Positions 48,821 through 64,000 of a DNA stretch of 64,000 nt are shown here, one piece after another (the first letter of the stretch is position 1; each line of letters opens with the position of its first letter). Origin of the DNA: Octopus sinensis. Its lineage: Eukaryota. The stretch covers positions 33,666,001 through 33,730,000 of the forward strand of contig NC_042999.1 in NCBI RefSeq assembly GCF_006345805.1, written 5' to 3'. Made by a program: the position numbers and the translations under genes. The notes beneath the pieces were generated by a model that was not told where the DNA came from, did no database searches, and was given only the letters and a program-made list of their open reading frames with translations.

Positions 48821-49138
48821 GTCCCAAAAATTAAGAGAGTATGAATTTATAGAACGAAACATGCGTTCGGTATTTGCTCTACCTATTTGCGTCACCTCCA
48901 AACCTTATTCTAGCTGAACATCCAGGACGTGCAGTTCGAGATAAGGAACAAATAAGGCTTTCTAATTAGTCAGTTGATGTGTGATGACCAATTAGGAACT
49001 GGATTGCTTTACCTGACATGAGTGAACCAAATACCGACAGCACAGCCACAGGGACAGCAAAGTTATCATACTATACATTAACATACTATATATATATAAA
49101 TACATATACATTCATATATATATATATATATATATAAT

Positions 49139-50245
49139 TAGTGAATTGAAGAAATGGAGTTGAACGAAGATTGACAGAAATCGTTTTATTGCATTCTACA
49201 CGTGTTTCGAAAGCCACAATTTACCAAATTCCGATGAATAAGGAGACCATATTGTGTCTTCTCTTCAGGAAGAAATAGGAAATCCGTTGGAAAAACAAAA
49301 ACAGAACAGAGGCGGAGCAAAACAAATCGAACGAGGCTCCTAAGAGCCCATGGCCAAACTGTTTATCAATGTATGTTGAAATCGGGTGGTGGGTGCGTTG
49401 AAGATTTTAACAGGTCAGGCAGCGGTCATTCCGGTGGGTGAGAGCACGGGGTGCGTAGATGTTCTTTGTGACCGATACTAAAGTTCTGACTATTTAAAGA
49501 ATATTAGGTGTATTATATGGGGCGAGCCAAAATCTACTTAGAAACATGTGTGTGTGTACTGTTCTATATGTGCGCGGCTGCGAGTTGGTAAGAAGCGCTA
49601 CACACTGGTCACTGCTGAGAAATCCGTCAGGGGTTAGAAAATATTTTATGTGTTCGTATGTGCGTTTGATCGCGCGGCCGTCAGTTGGTAAACAGCCCTA
49701 CACAATGGTCACTGCTGAAAAATCCGTCAGGCGGCAGAAAAATATTTTATGTGTGCGTGTGTTCGTCTAATCATGCCTTGTCAAAGAAACACCCCGTCGT
49801 CAACACAAAACACCATTCGTCTCCTGGGAGTAATTCCCCTTGCAATGGTTAATCATATTTCTCTTAAAAGCTTTTTCAAAATTTATTTCCAAGGGCTATT
49901 TTCATATAAGTAGTGTAACCGGGTGCAGGTATTATTTATAAGCGTTATTTATAAGCAAGATAAGTATAACGCCGCCAATGGGGGCATCGAAAAGCCGACT
50001 GTAAAAGTTCGTTTACCATCCGGTCTCTGGCGAACAATATATGGAAGAGCTCGGAGACACAAAGGTTGCACTTCCTTCTGCCCCTATCAAATGGGAGGGC
50101 CACCGACAAAATTGACCATTCCAGCCTGTAGCTTGAGTTCGTATTCTTCAATCGCCATATTAGCTTGCTAAGTCCCGTGGTCTGGCTTTTATTCACGTCT
50201 CGAAAATATATACTGGAGACAAGGAAAATATATACTGGAGACAAG
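49139..50245 (-). mobile_element. Second, more truncated copy of the 1.3-2.9 kb Penelope-like element
   Basis: ORF 49945-50244 ([20 protein letters not shown]...[14 protein letters not shown]) is nearly the same protein as 2194-2460. The 3' region is collinear and contains a ~100 bp tandem duplication at ~49575-49760. Confidence 0.9.
49189..49275 (-). ncRNA. Type I hammerhead ribozyme (homolog of 1502-1590)
   Basis: UUUCUUC-CUGAAGA-GAAGACACAAU...AUUGUGGCUUUC-GAAA-CACGUG-UA/GAAUG. Confidence 0.8.
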
Positions 50246-50480
50246 GATTATGGCAGCATTCACCAACTTAAAAATTGATACCGTCCAGAAGAGTTGCAGG
50301 AGATTCCGAAGTCGTCTAAAGTTGGTGGTTGAAGGCAATGGCGATTTTATTGAATAAATTTGTTCTTTCGTATTTCAAGATATTAAAAATTAATGTTGGT
50401 AAATATATCTGTTAAATAGATATACCTGTTATTTTCATTTTTGTTTATTTTAGATTAGAATTTATTCACCGCACCCTGTA
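50242..50480 (+). mobile_element. Tc1/mariner 3' end with terminus CACCCTG|TA
   Basis: RIMAAFTNL...RRFRSRL..VVEGNGDFIE*. Homologous to 11968-12200. Confidence 0.8.
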
Positions 50481-51661
50481 TATATACATGCATATACATA
50501 CACAAGCATACGCACACACGCGCACGCACAGACACACTCGCGCGCGCATGCATGCACACACAAACACACCCACTTACGCACACACTCACATACACACATC
50601 CATATACACACAGACCCACACACGCGCATGCACACAGACACACACACAAACACACACACATATTTATATGTGAACAGTCCCAGACTCTTCGGTCTTCAGA
50701 CTCTTCAATTGCTTAGCATTATTTTCCATTCTATTAATAATATATGCACATATTATTTGTCAAATTTTGCCCGTTTGAAGGACTGCCCCAAGATATTGAC
50801 TAGAATGGAAGGGATTTGTGAGGAAACATCACCGTTCTATGGATTCTAAATCCTAAAAATCGTCCGGCATCTGGTGTACCGTACACGTTCGAGGCACTAA
50901 TGATACAAAAGACCATAGTGTTAACACTAGTTGCCCGTAGCCTTCAGTAAGTCGAGCATTTAACAGCTACATTTATCAAGAAGCCGAGATACAATTGACT
51001 TGTAGACGAATGTTAAGAAACAAATTTCTTTCTCGTTTGACTAATGAGATTACAACGTTGTTCTCGATTCACAGCAAGGTTAATACCAATTCCTTAAGAA
51101 AATGACTCTTATAAGACAGCATTCTTGTAAAAGCATTTGACAGCATTAAAGAAGTAGCCTTGTGTAAGACTGAGTTTATCTCCAAACAGCAATTAAACAA
51201 ATGAGTTAAAATACTTCATAAACTGTACGACATTTATGTTCTGTAGTATATATATTTAATTTTAGTAGTGTATTTTACAAACGGCAGCTGTAACATTTCT
51301 AACACTATCGTTACAGGAAGGTCTGATATGTGGCAGAGAAACATGCATTTACTGCATGTAAAATATGACGGTTATCATCATAGAAGGAGAATATTTGATA
51401 AAATTTTACAGAGTACAATTGTACTGAAAAATATTCATGTGTTTTCTGAGGGGAAAAGAGAAATCACTAAAAAGAATTTAATATGATGATTGTGTGAAAC
51501 GTATCGGATCACACAATTAAATGCATGAGTGTGTAAAGTATTTAAATGCCTAATACATAAACTCATAGGCAGAAAACATCAGGTTCTTAATGAGATCAAT
51601 GTTGCATCCATTATCATACATACACAAATCATATCTATACATTCAGGCCCCAGCTGTTTGC

Positions 51662-51732
<71 letters not shown>

Positions 51733-51911
51733 TATGCTTGTGCTTGTATATGTACGTTAATATATCAAGTACAATTAATAAAGCTCTTTAAGGTATCATA
51801 AATCCAATTAAAATACTGGATAATTAGCAATCTATAGAAAGACCATCTAAACCGTGGTTCATATATATATATATATATATGTATGCGGGTGTGTGTGGGG
51901 GGTGTATGTAT

Positions 51912-51943
<32 letters not shown>

Positions 51944-52079
51944 TTAAAGAATAAGGAGAAAAGGAAAAGGGAATTAATGAAATTATTTATTAATTAGAAA
52001 ATACGACATCTCTGACAACTCTTTAGATTCAGAAAACTTTAGATAATTAATTTATAAAATTAAAATCATTTTAAGATGA

Positions 52080-53170
52080 ATCTCTTCAGAAGTAGTACGG
52101 ATATACCGATTAGAAATACATGTTTAGATAATGGCTATAAAACCATTGATATATTTTTGGTGAATACACTCGTCAAACCGAAAGAGATTTCAAGAATAGT
52201 TGGAGTGTCCATAAAGACTGTTTATAATGTAAAGAATAGAACGACTATGAGCAAAACTATTACGAGGAAGTCTGAAAGTGGAGGAATCAGCAAAAAAGTA
52301 CCAAAGCTTTTATTAAATCTCTCAAATCCAAAATCCGAAATCCATGAGAAAAATGGCAATTGAACTTGAGGTAGACAACAAGACCATTAGAAATGCAGTA
52401 AAACATGATTTGAGGGTAAAATCTTACACAAGAACGCCAAAACACGTGTTGATAACAGCTATGAAGGAAAAGAGATTGGAGAGGTGCAAGAAAATGGTCA
52501 CATGGTTCAAGAAAACTCCTCCATTTTAAAGATCTTTTCAGATGAAAAGATCTTCACTGTCGATGCTGTTCTGAATCGCAGAAATGACAGATTTATCGCA
52601 AAACTGACAGCTGAGATCAAAGGGGCATTCAAACAAAGCATCCTGCTCAAGTTATGGCTTTTGGTGTTGTCGCTTCCGATGGAAAAAAAATGCCTATAAA
52701 ATTCTACAAAGCTGATGAAAAGATCAACGTTAATACTTAGTAGAAGACTATGCGATATCAGGTATTGCCATGGCTTAAAGCAAACTACCCAGATGGTTTT
52801 ATGTATGGACACAGGATGGTTCTCCAGCCCACATAGCTAGAAAAGCACACGATTTCTGCAAATCCTACTTTAGCAATTTTTTTTAATCCTGTTTATGACC
52901 GCCTTCTATCCCAGATCTAAACCCTCTGGATTATGCTATTTGCTAGAACATGCTACCAATAGAACATCACGCAGCAATGTCGACTCTCCTAAATATACTA
53001 TTAAAGAAGAATGGGAGGAGTTGTTTCCTGAATATTTCAGGAACACTTGTGCAAGTTTCAGGAAGCGTGTGAAGGCAGTTATTGAAAAAGAAGGAGAACA
53101 CATAGAATAAAAACATTTTCTATTAAGTAAATTTTCTTGTGGCAAATAAATTCTCATGACGTTCAATAAA
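52080..53170 (+). pseudogene. Tc1/mariner-superfamily transposase, frameshifted (SPDLNPLDY, DDxD type)
   Basis: EISRIVGVSIKTVYNV and MRKMAIELEVDNKTIRNAVKHDL (HTH), IFSDEKIFTVD, WTQDGSPAH, and PDLNPLDYAI. Confidence 0.88.
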
Positions 53171-53559
53171 CTAATTGTGCTTGTGTATGTGTGTGTGATT
53201 GTGTGTTAGTATGTGTGTATGCTTGTGTATATTAATTATTAATTATAGGATTCTATTGAATCTAGGCTCATCAACACGTTGGTCGCCAAAAATGTCTAGG
53301 TAAATAACATAAAGTTCCCAGTGCGGTAAACAACAATGAAAATATCAAGTGCTCGCACGATACCGTAGATATGTAAGCACCAAATCCAATTTAAGCTATA
53401 CATCCGATTTTGTTTTTAAACATGGCATAGTATAAAATGAGAAGAGAAATGCAGATTCAAACTAATGACCGCTCTCTTGGTAGAATTTTATAGGTGTAGA
53501 TTACACCATTACATACTATACACCATCTTCACATAATAATCAAGCGAGGCGCAATCTGG

Positions 53560-53850
53560 AAGTAATGTAATCGGATGTTAGGTGTCATGTGGTCGCAGAA
53601 ATTGTCCGTGCACGGTGCAGATCCCTGTTGCTAAAAGTATGATCTTCCAGCAGAAACCGACTTGACCCAGACCAGTACAACCCATACATACACTTGAAGT
53701 AGGTTGTCGTGTTTAGTGAGATGTCATGAGGGAAGATGACTGGAGGCATAGCAGCGCCATCGGTTTCAATCTCTCGAAACACCATGTTGTTGACTGCATG
53801 CTTGATTTTTATCACGCTTGGTGCATGCCCTAAGATTTCATTTTCCCAAG
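53560..53850 (-). pseudogene. Tc1/mariner transposase fragment
   Basis: VIKIKHAVNNMVFREIETDGAAMPPVIFPH.ISLNTTTYFKC, the same family type as the 12 kb remnant. Confidence 0.7.
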
Positions 53851-53905
53851 AGTGACACACTCTCTGTCTCTGCCTGTCTGTGCGTCTCTCTCTTTTTCCC
53901 TCTCT

Positions 53906-53944
<39 letters not shown>

Positions 53945-54927
53945 TATATATATCTATCTATATATATATACACACATACATAGATGCATATATACAAATA
54001 TATATGTACACGCCTAAATAAATTCACACGCACACACACGTATATATTCCCAACCCAAATATACGCATATATATATATATAGTTATATATATTTATATAC
54101 CACATACTTATGACGGGTGCGTGCGGACGTACACAGACATACCATTGTATACATATACACTCACACATTTACACACACTAACATAAAACATTAAGATTTG
54201 AAATAATATAAAGAAATCATGCGAAAATGACAGGGGGTTAGGAGGTCATACACTAGAATAACAAATATTTCACTAGTTAATTAATATAGATTTTGCTAAC
54301 CAATATTGTGAAAATAAGTTACCAATTGCTCAATGTGGCACATAGTATAGATACAATTTAGATATTTAAAAAATATTTAAATAAGGCGAGGATAAATAAA
54401 TATGTTACATAGTATGGTTAAACAGAAAATAAGTAGTTAAAGATATGTAGTAGTAGTAGTAGTAGTAGTAGTAGTTGGAGCCTATTAGAATTTTTAGGTT
54501 AAAATTATGATAATATGCTTCTAATAAAATGAGAAGATTTTAAGTTCATATGCGTTAAGGATATTACCTGAACATTTAATTATTCCCCATAATGCAACGC
54601 AGTAAAGAGCAAACCCATATTTATAATTTGAATGGGTAATGCATATGTCATTATTCTCCGGTTAATTTGGAATCTAGATTTTATGGTGATATTAATTCCT
54701 CATCTGCTTAAATGTTCAAGAAGTGAAACCGATGTTGGTAAAGGCAGTTATTATATTACATCTATAGATGATATTCTTAGTGGGGCGTATGACTTTGATT
54801 TTGATTTTTCCAGTTTCAACTAATGAGCTGTGGCCATGCTGGGGCACCGCCATTTATATGTATATGTATATTCTCTTTCACACACACACATACATATATA
54901 TATATATAGAAAGAAGGAAAGAGACTA

Positions 54928-54958
<31 letters not shown>

Positions 54959-56127
54959 AATATTGTTATATTTCGGGATAATTTTTTTTTTGGTCAGATA
55001 AATACGCGCATTATGTAGATGTTTTTCATTTCAGATTTGATATTGTTCTTATTTTGTCCTTTGTCTGGAAGGATTTCCTGACAGAGGACAACAAAAAAAA
55101 ATAATAATAATATATCTGAAGAGAAGAATGAATATACAGAACTTGTGTTTATTTATTGTTTAAAATATGACCATCCTGAAATATAACGATACCTGGTTCC
55201 AACTCATGATTTCACACCAGGAATCTTGCAAAACAAATACAAAATCGTATATATATATATATATATATGCGTGTCCGATTTTTGTATTTTTTATATATAA
55301 AATATAGCGGTAACTGGTGTCTTGTATATAAGAATATATATCTAAATTTTGTACAATTCTATTGTTCTTTGTATTCTTTCATTCTTTCATTCTTTCTATC
55401 AGCCCTTTCACTCTTCGTTCATTTCACTCTTCGTTCTTTCGTTCCCCTTCTCTAACATTTCATGGCCTTGTCTTCATGCTCGCTTTCCCTCTTTCACTTC
55501 ATTGTGTCTCTTTCATTTTTCTCTCGTCCTTCCTTAATTCTTATCTCTCTCTCTCTCTCTCTTCTTTCCCCACGTGACCGGTGTTCGGCCAGGCTTGACT
55601 TTTCATTCTTAGTTGGACTACTGTCCATGAAAAATCTCTATTCCTGCCTGTTCTTGTTACATCTTATGTCCCTGTCGTAATGATTTACTTCCACACAAGC
55701 CAGCTTAATTCAATTCGTCCTTAGTTGAAAGACACCTGTTGTTATGTCCTGTTATTTGTATTTGTGTAACATTTCTATGGGTTTTCTTTCGTCCTTGTTT
55801 TCTTTGTATTGTCTGACTGGATATTCTGTTGTTCCTTTTTTTGTCCCTTTATTTTTTTTTACCTGTCTGGATGTTTTGCGTTCTTGTCCCATTTTTGTAT
55901 TATGTATACATATACGTGTGCCTGCGTTCGTATGTTTGCTTTTGTATGTGTGAGTGTGTGTGCATAGGTGTAAGTGTTTGTGTGTCTGTGTGTATTTGTG
56001 TGAGTGATGCTGTCTATGGGTCTGAATGTAAATACGTGGATATCTATGCAAACTAATTTGGATGGAACGAGGTAAAACTTGAAGACAGTCTCATAGCGGA
56101 ATTTTTGTGGATTTGGGGTAATCTGTC

Positions 56128-60170
<4,043 letters not shown>

Positions 60171-60501
60171 GTTAGTATAATTATACTAATGTTCTCTAAC
60201 GCAAAATTGAAAGAGGCGTGGAATTGAAAGAGGCCTAATCAAAGTAACACATTATAAAGAAGGACATATTCCCAACCACACACACGCACACATACACACA
60301 CAAGCACACACACATACACATACACAGAAACATGCACACACGCGCCTGTGCGCACACACATACATACACTTCATCAAGGAATCCTCCCGAAAACGGAATG
60401 TTTGATGGTAAGGTGGAGAATTTGAATACTTTATTCCAAACGTTGCTCATCTCTACAAATGTTCGGGCATATCTGTGTTGCACTGGGATGTTCTAGCTTT
60501 A

Positions 60502-60541
<40 letters not shown>

Positions 60542-60634
60542 ACACACACACACACACCTGAGCGCCTAATAATAATAATACTGTAATTGTTCCACGTGTT
60601 GTTGTTTTTTCTGTTTTCCCGTTTGGATTAACCT

Positions 60635-60673
<39 letters not shown>

Positions 60674-61059
60674 GTATATATTCATTTAATTTAATTTACT
60701 GATTGATTTTTCAAATTGTTAATTTACAAATATCATACTAATACATTTTCATGCACAACTACACTTTATCAAAAATGTCCCTCTAAAAATGAATATTTGG
60801 AAGGGATATATACTAAATATAACTCATACAGGTGAAAAAGAAAGTAGGAAAAAGGAAGGAAAAAATAGAGGGATAGAAAGAAAGTAAAAAGAAAGTAAAA
60901 AACACTTGCTTTTTATTTTTATTTATTTTTTAGAAGAGGTCATCGTCCTTTCACTTATTCCAATACAATGGCAAAAGGAAAAATTAATTAATAGAATAAA
61001 TGTTGAAGAGAAAGGTGGATACTCCTATCTCTCTTACCCTCTACTGCTCTGTCTATCTG

Positions 61060-61397
61060 TTTGACTATCTATCCAAATTTCTATCTATACAGATATCTAT
61101 CTATCTATATATCTATCTATCTATCTATCATCCTACCTACCTACCTATATTCTTATGTATCCATCTCCATTGTCTTTGAATGTCACCCCAGAATACAAAA
61201 ACAATATTCTCTCCTATGCAAAACCCCCAAAAATTATCTGTTTTATATAAATGAAAAAGCTATTTGCACATTCAAAAATTGTATTTGACATGTTCTAAAG
61301 AAGAACGAGAGTGCTAATAATAATATAGAAGTAAAAGGTTCTTCTCAAAAATTCTGACTTCTTTCTCAATATTCAATCCTGCACATCACACCTAGCA

Positions 61398-61433
<36 letters not shown>

Positions 61434-61510
61434 GTTCCCACATAAAATTCAAGAGTGATCCCTTTTCAAAATAAATGCAGATATGAACTGCGAAATGCAA
61501 AACCTCAATA
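61060..61510 (+). repeat. Internally deleted tandem copy of the 56-60 kb PLE
   Basis: 61080-61400 matches ~56270-56575, and 61430-61508 matches 59815-59890. The two parts are joined through a (TA)n tract. Confidence 0.8.
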
Positions 61511-61518
61511 TATATATA

Positions 61519-61617
<99 letters not shown>

Positions 61618-61740
61618 TATATATACATATATATATATGTGTGTGTGTATAATATATATATATATATGGGAAAACGTCAAGGTAAAAATGAAAAATGTTA
61701 AAATAATTTTATTAAAAGCATTTCAGTACCGTTTTCAGTG

Positions 61741-62241
61741 ATTGAGACTTTTTCAACTGTAAATATGGAAAACAATCACATTTTTGAAAAATTATATAAA
61801 CAGACTTTTTCTAAAGATTATTAGCATTGTATTCAAATACAAGGGGCATTTTTCTTGCTTCTGCCTGTTTATCTCTCCCTTGTTTACTCTTGTGGCTTCG
61901 ACGTCGTAGTGAATTATTGGCAGAGAAGAAGAAGAAGAAAAAGAAGAAGAAGAAGAAGAAGAAGAAGAAGGGGAGGAGGAGGAGGAGAAGAAGAAGAAGA
62001 AGAAGAAGAAGAAGAAGAAGAAGAAGAAGAAGAAGAAGAAGAAGAGAAGAAGAAGAAGAAGAATTATTATTCACAACGACCTTGAACCCACAAGAGTAAA
62101 CAAGAGCGACAGAGACAGACAGAAACAAGGAAAATGCCCCTTGTATTTGAATACTATGCAAATATTCTTTTAAACGCACTTTTCATTTAATTTTTTCAAA
62201 ATTTAATAGTTTTCCATACTTACAGTTGAAAAAGTCTCAAT
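61741..62241. repeat. ~175 bp diverged inverted repeats flanking a (GAA)n/(GGA)n tract
   Basis: attgagactttttcaactgtaa...gtattcaaatacaaggggcatttt...ttgtttactcttgtgg at 61741-61915 is mirrored at 62067-62241. Confidence 0.88.
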
Positions 62242-62419
62242 CTATCAGGGATGCCAGACATCAGTGTTTCGAGACGTTTGCAAATTTTTCAACGGTGTTG
62301 ACTTAATTTTATATCGTGCTATTGTTTTTTATGGTTGTTTAGAGTTGCCTCTCTTATGTACATCCCATTGACAAAAGTCAAAAATCTAGAAAGATCGACG
62401 TCTGGGATTCCTGATAGAT
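62240..62419. mobile_element. Possible 180 bp MITE with 23 bp imperfect TIRs
   Basis: atctatcagggatgccagacatc versus the reverse complement of gacgtctgggattcctgatagat has 3 mismatches. No clear TSD. Confidence 0.45.
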
Positions 62420-64000
62420 GGTGACACTGAACAAACCGGGTGTTTTCACGCCTTTTTACCATAAGGGAGAGATGATGCATGTACGTATGTAATGTATGTA
62501 TGTATTCATACATACATACATATTCATGCATTTATGCGAATGAGTATATGTAATTTGGTAAAAATCAAATATCGCACATTCGTTCAAAAAATGGCAAGAT
62601 TGTTTTCGTCTTTTAGCAGACTCTTAATCACATATACTTGCAAATACTCACACACGCTCATTTCTGTGTGCACGTGTGTGTATGTGTGCATGTGTGTATT
62701 TTTTGCTTGCTTTCTGATCTCGTTTTTTCTTGTAGCGCTTTTAACTGCATATGTACTAATATTCGGTGGGAATTATCTACACCGTATAAAACTATATATT
62801 TAATGTATGTTAAGTATATGCAACTTCAGGAACATGACATGAATTCAAAGCATACTTCTGTCCGCGAAACAACCAAGTGAGACCGAGTCTAGCCGTTTAA
62901 ATAGTTTAAACAAATATATAACAATATTCAGCTAAGACAGAAACATTAAACAATATCGATTGGAAACCAAAGAATAACTGCAATTTCTTTGTCAGTATAG
63001 ATATTAAATTATTGAGCTAAATGTGTCGAATTAAATCATATAAAACCACTATTTCAGAAACTATATCAAAGGAAGCAATTCTAAATAGATCTTTTAAAAG
63101 TTACTGAAGAAATATCAGAACTAGTGCTTTATATATTTATACGCACACACAGAGATACATATATAAATACATACATACATACAGCCACACATACATATAG
63201 CGTCAGGAATTCGAAATAATTACGGGCGTTTTATCTATGAAAGTAGTATCACTGCACCTGCCAAAGCAAATGTTTTGCGGTATTTGCGTGTTCTGATGAA
63301 AATAAAGATATAGTTAAAATGGAAAAGCGGATGAAATCATGATCCTGCATTATTTTCCTACAACGAAGAAAAAACAAAAAGAATTACTATAGAGGTAGAA
63401 CTACTCTACCAACACCCACCTGCAATATAGATGCTAGTACAACTAACTTACGTCATTTGATAATACGTTATGCTTGTTTTTACCCTCATATTTCTCCCTC
63501 TCTCTCGATCTCTTTCCCATTTTCTCTCTCCTCTTCTCTCGCTCCCTCTCTTTCTCCCCCTCGCTCTGTAGCTACGTATATAAGCAATAATGAATACATA
63601 AATACCTGTACATATTCAAACTAACGCATACACATACATTCACACGTACACACACACACACACACACACGCTAGCACAGTCACACACAGAATTATATCAA
63701 ATGTAAGATTTGTGGGAATGGTGTATGTGTATATATGCATCTACAAAAGAAGTAAAGGCAGTGGCGAAATGGAAGAACATTGTTGCTCTTTGAACACAAT
63801 CATTTGCGATATTTTTCACCGAGTTACACATACGTTATTCTTTACCTACTGTGATATACAATATACAAATTAAGATAGACTTCAATACCTACAAACTCTA
63901 ATTCGTATATACTGGAAGTAAGACATGGTTGCTATCAATACTTTTGCTGTACCGATGATTAATTGATCGTGCCCCGAGAATGTTGTAAAGCAGTGCTGCT

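Noticed and set aside
55110-55200. CUGAAGA...CAUCCU-GAAA-UAUAACG-AUA
   Set aside because: No stem I and a poor stem II.
55340-55990. CT-rich then GT-rich segment resembling the 884 bp unit in + orientation
   Set aside because: The similarity is compositional only. The GTC..GAAA..CTGTTG words near 55715-55740 do not form the required stems.
61705-61760. Minus-strand CUGAAAA-CGGU..GAAAUGC near the inverted repeat
   Set aside because: G8 is missing and there is no valid NUH with flanking stems.
63292-63352. CUGAUGA...GAAA-UCAUGA-UC (palindromic stem III)
   Set aside because: Neither stem I nor stem II pairs, so it is probably chance or too decayed.

Overview
Eukaryotic, AT-rich, microsatellite-saturated DNA with no host exon I could identify. 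The SINE sequences and (TA)n/(CA)n density look like an octopus (cephalopod) genome; this rests on my recall of those repeats, not a search. Recognisable content is transposable elements: a 6.1 kb Helitron with both termini and a frameshifted Rep-helicase, a 393 bp non-autonomous Helitron, two CR1-type LINEs, four Tc1/mariner remnants, at least six Penelope-like element (PLE) remnants and several tRNA-derived SINE families. The main result is RNA-level. About ten hammerhead ribozyme (HHR) motifs are present, several well formed. The most unusual lies in an 884 bp, largely non-coding tandem unit (16601-17731, minus strand), whose three strands occur in a NON-circularly permuted order with all three stems adjacent to the core; the element's 5' end falls 7 nt from the predicted cleavage site. 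A perfect 181 bp palindrome (23868-24285) carries two opposed hammerheads. All folds were paired by eye, and none was tested computationally or experimentally.
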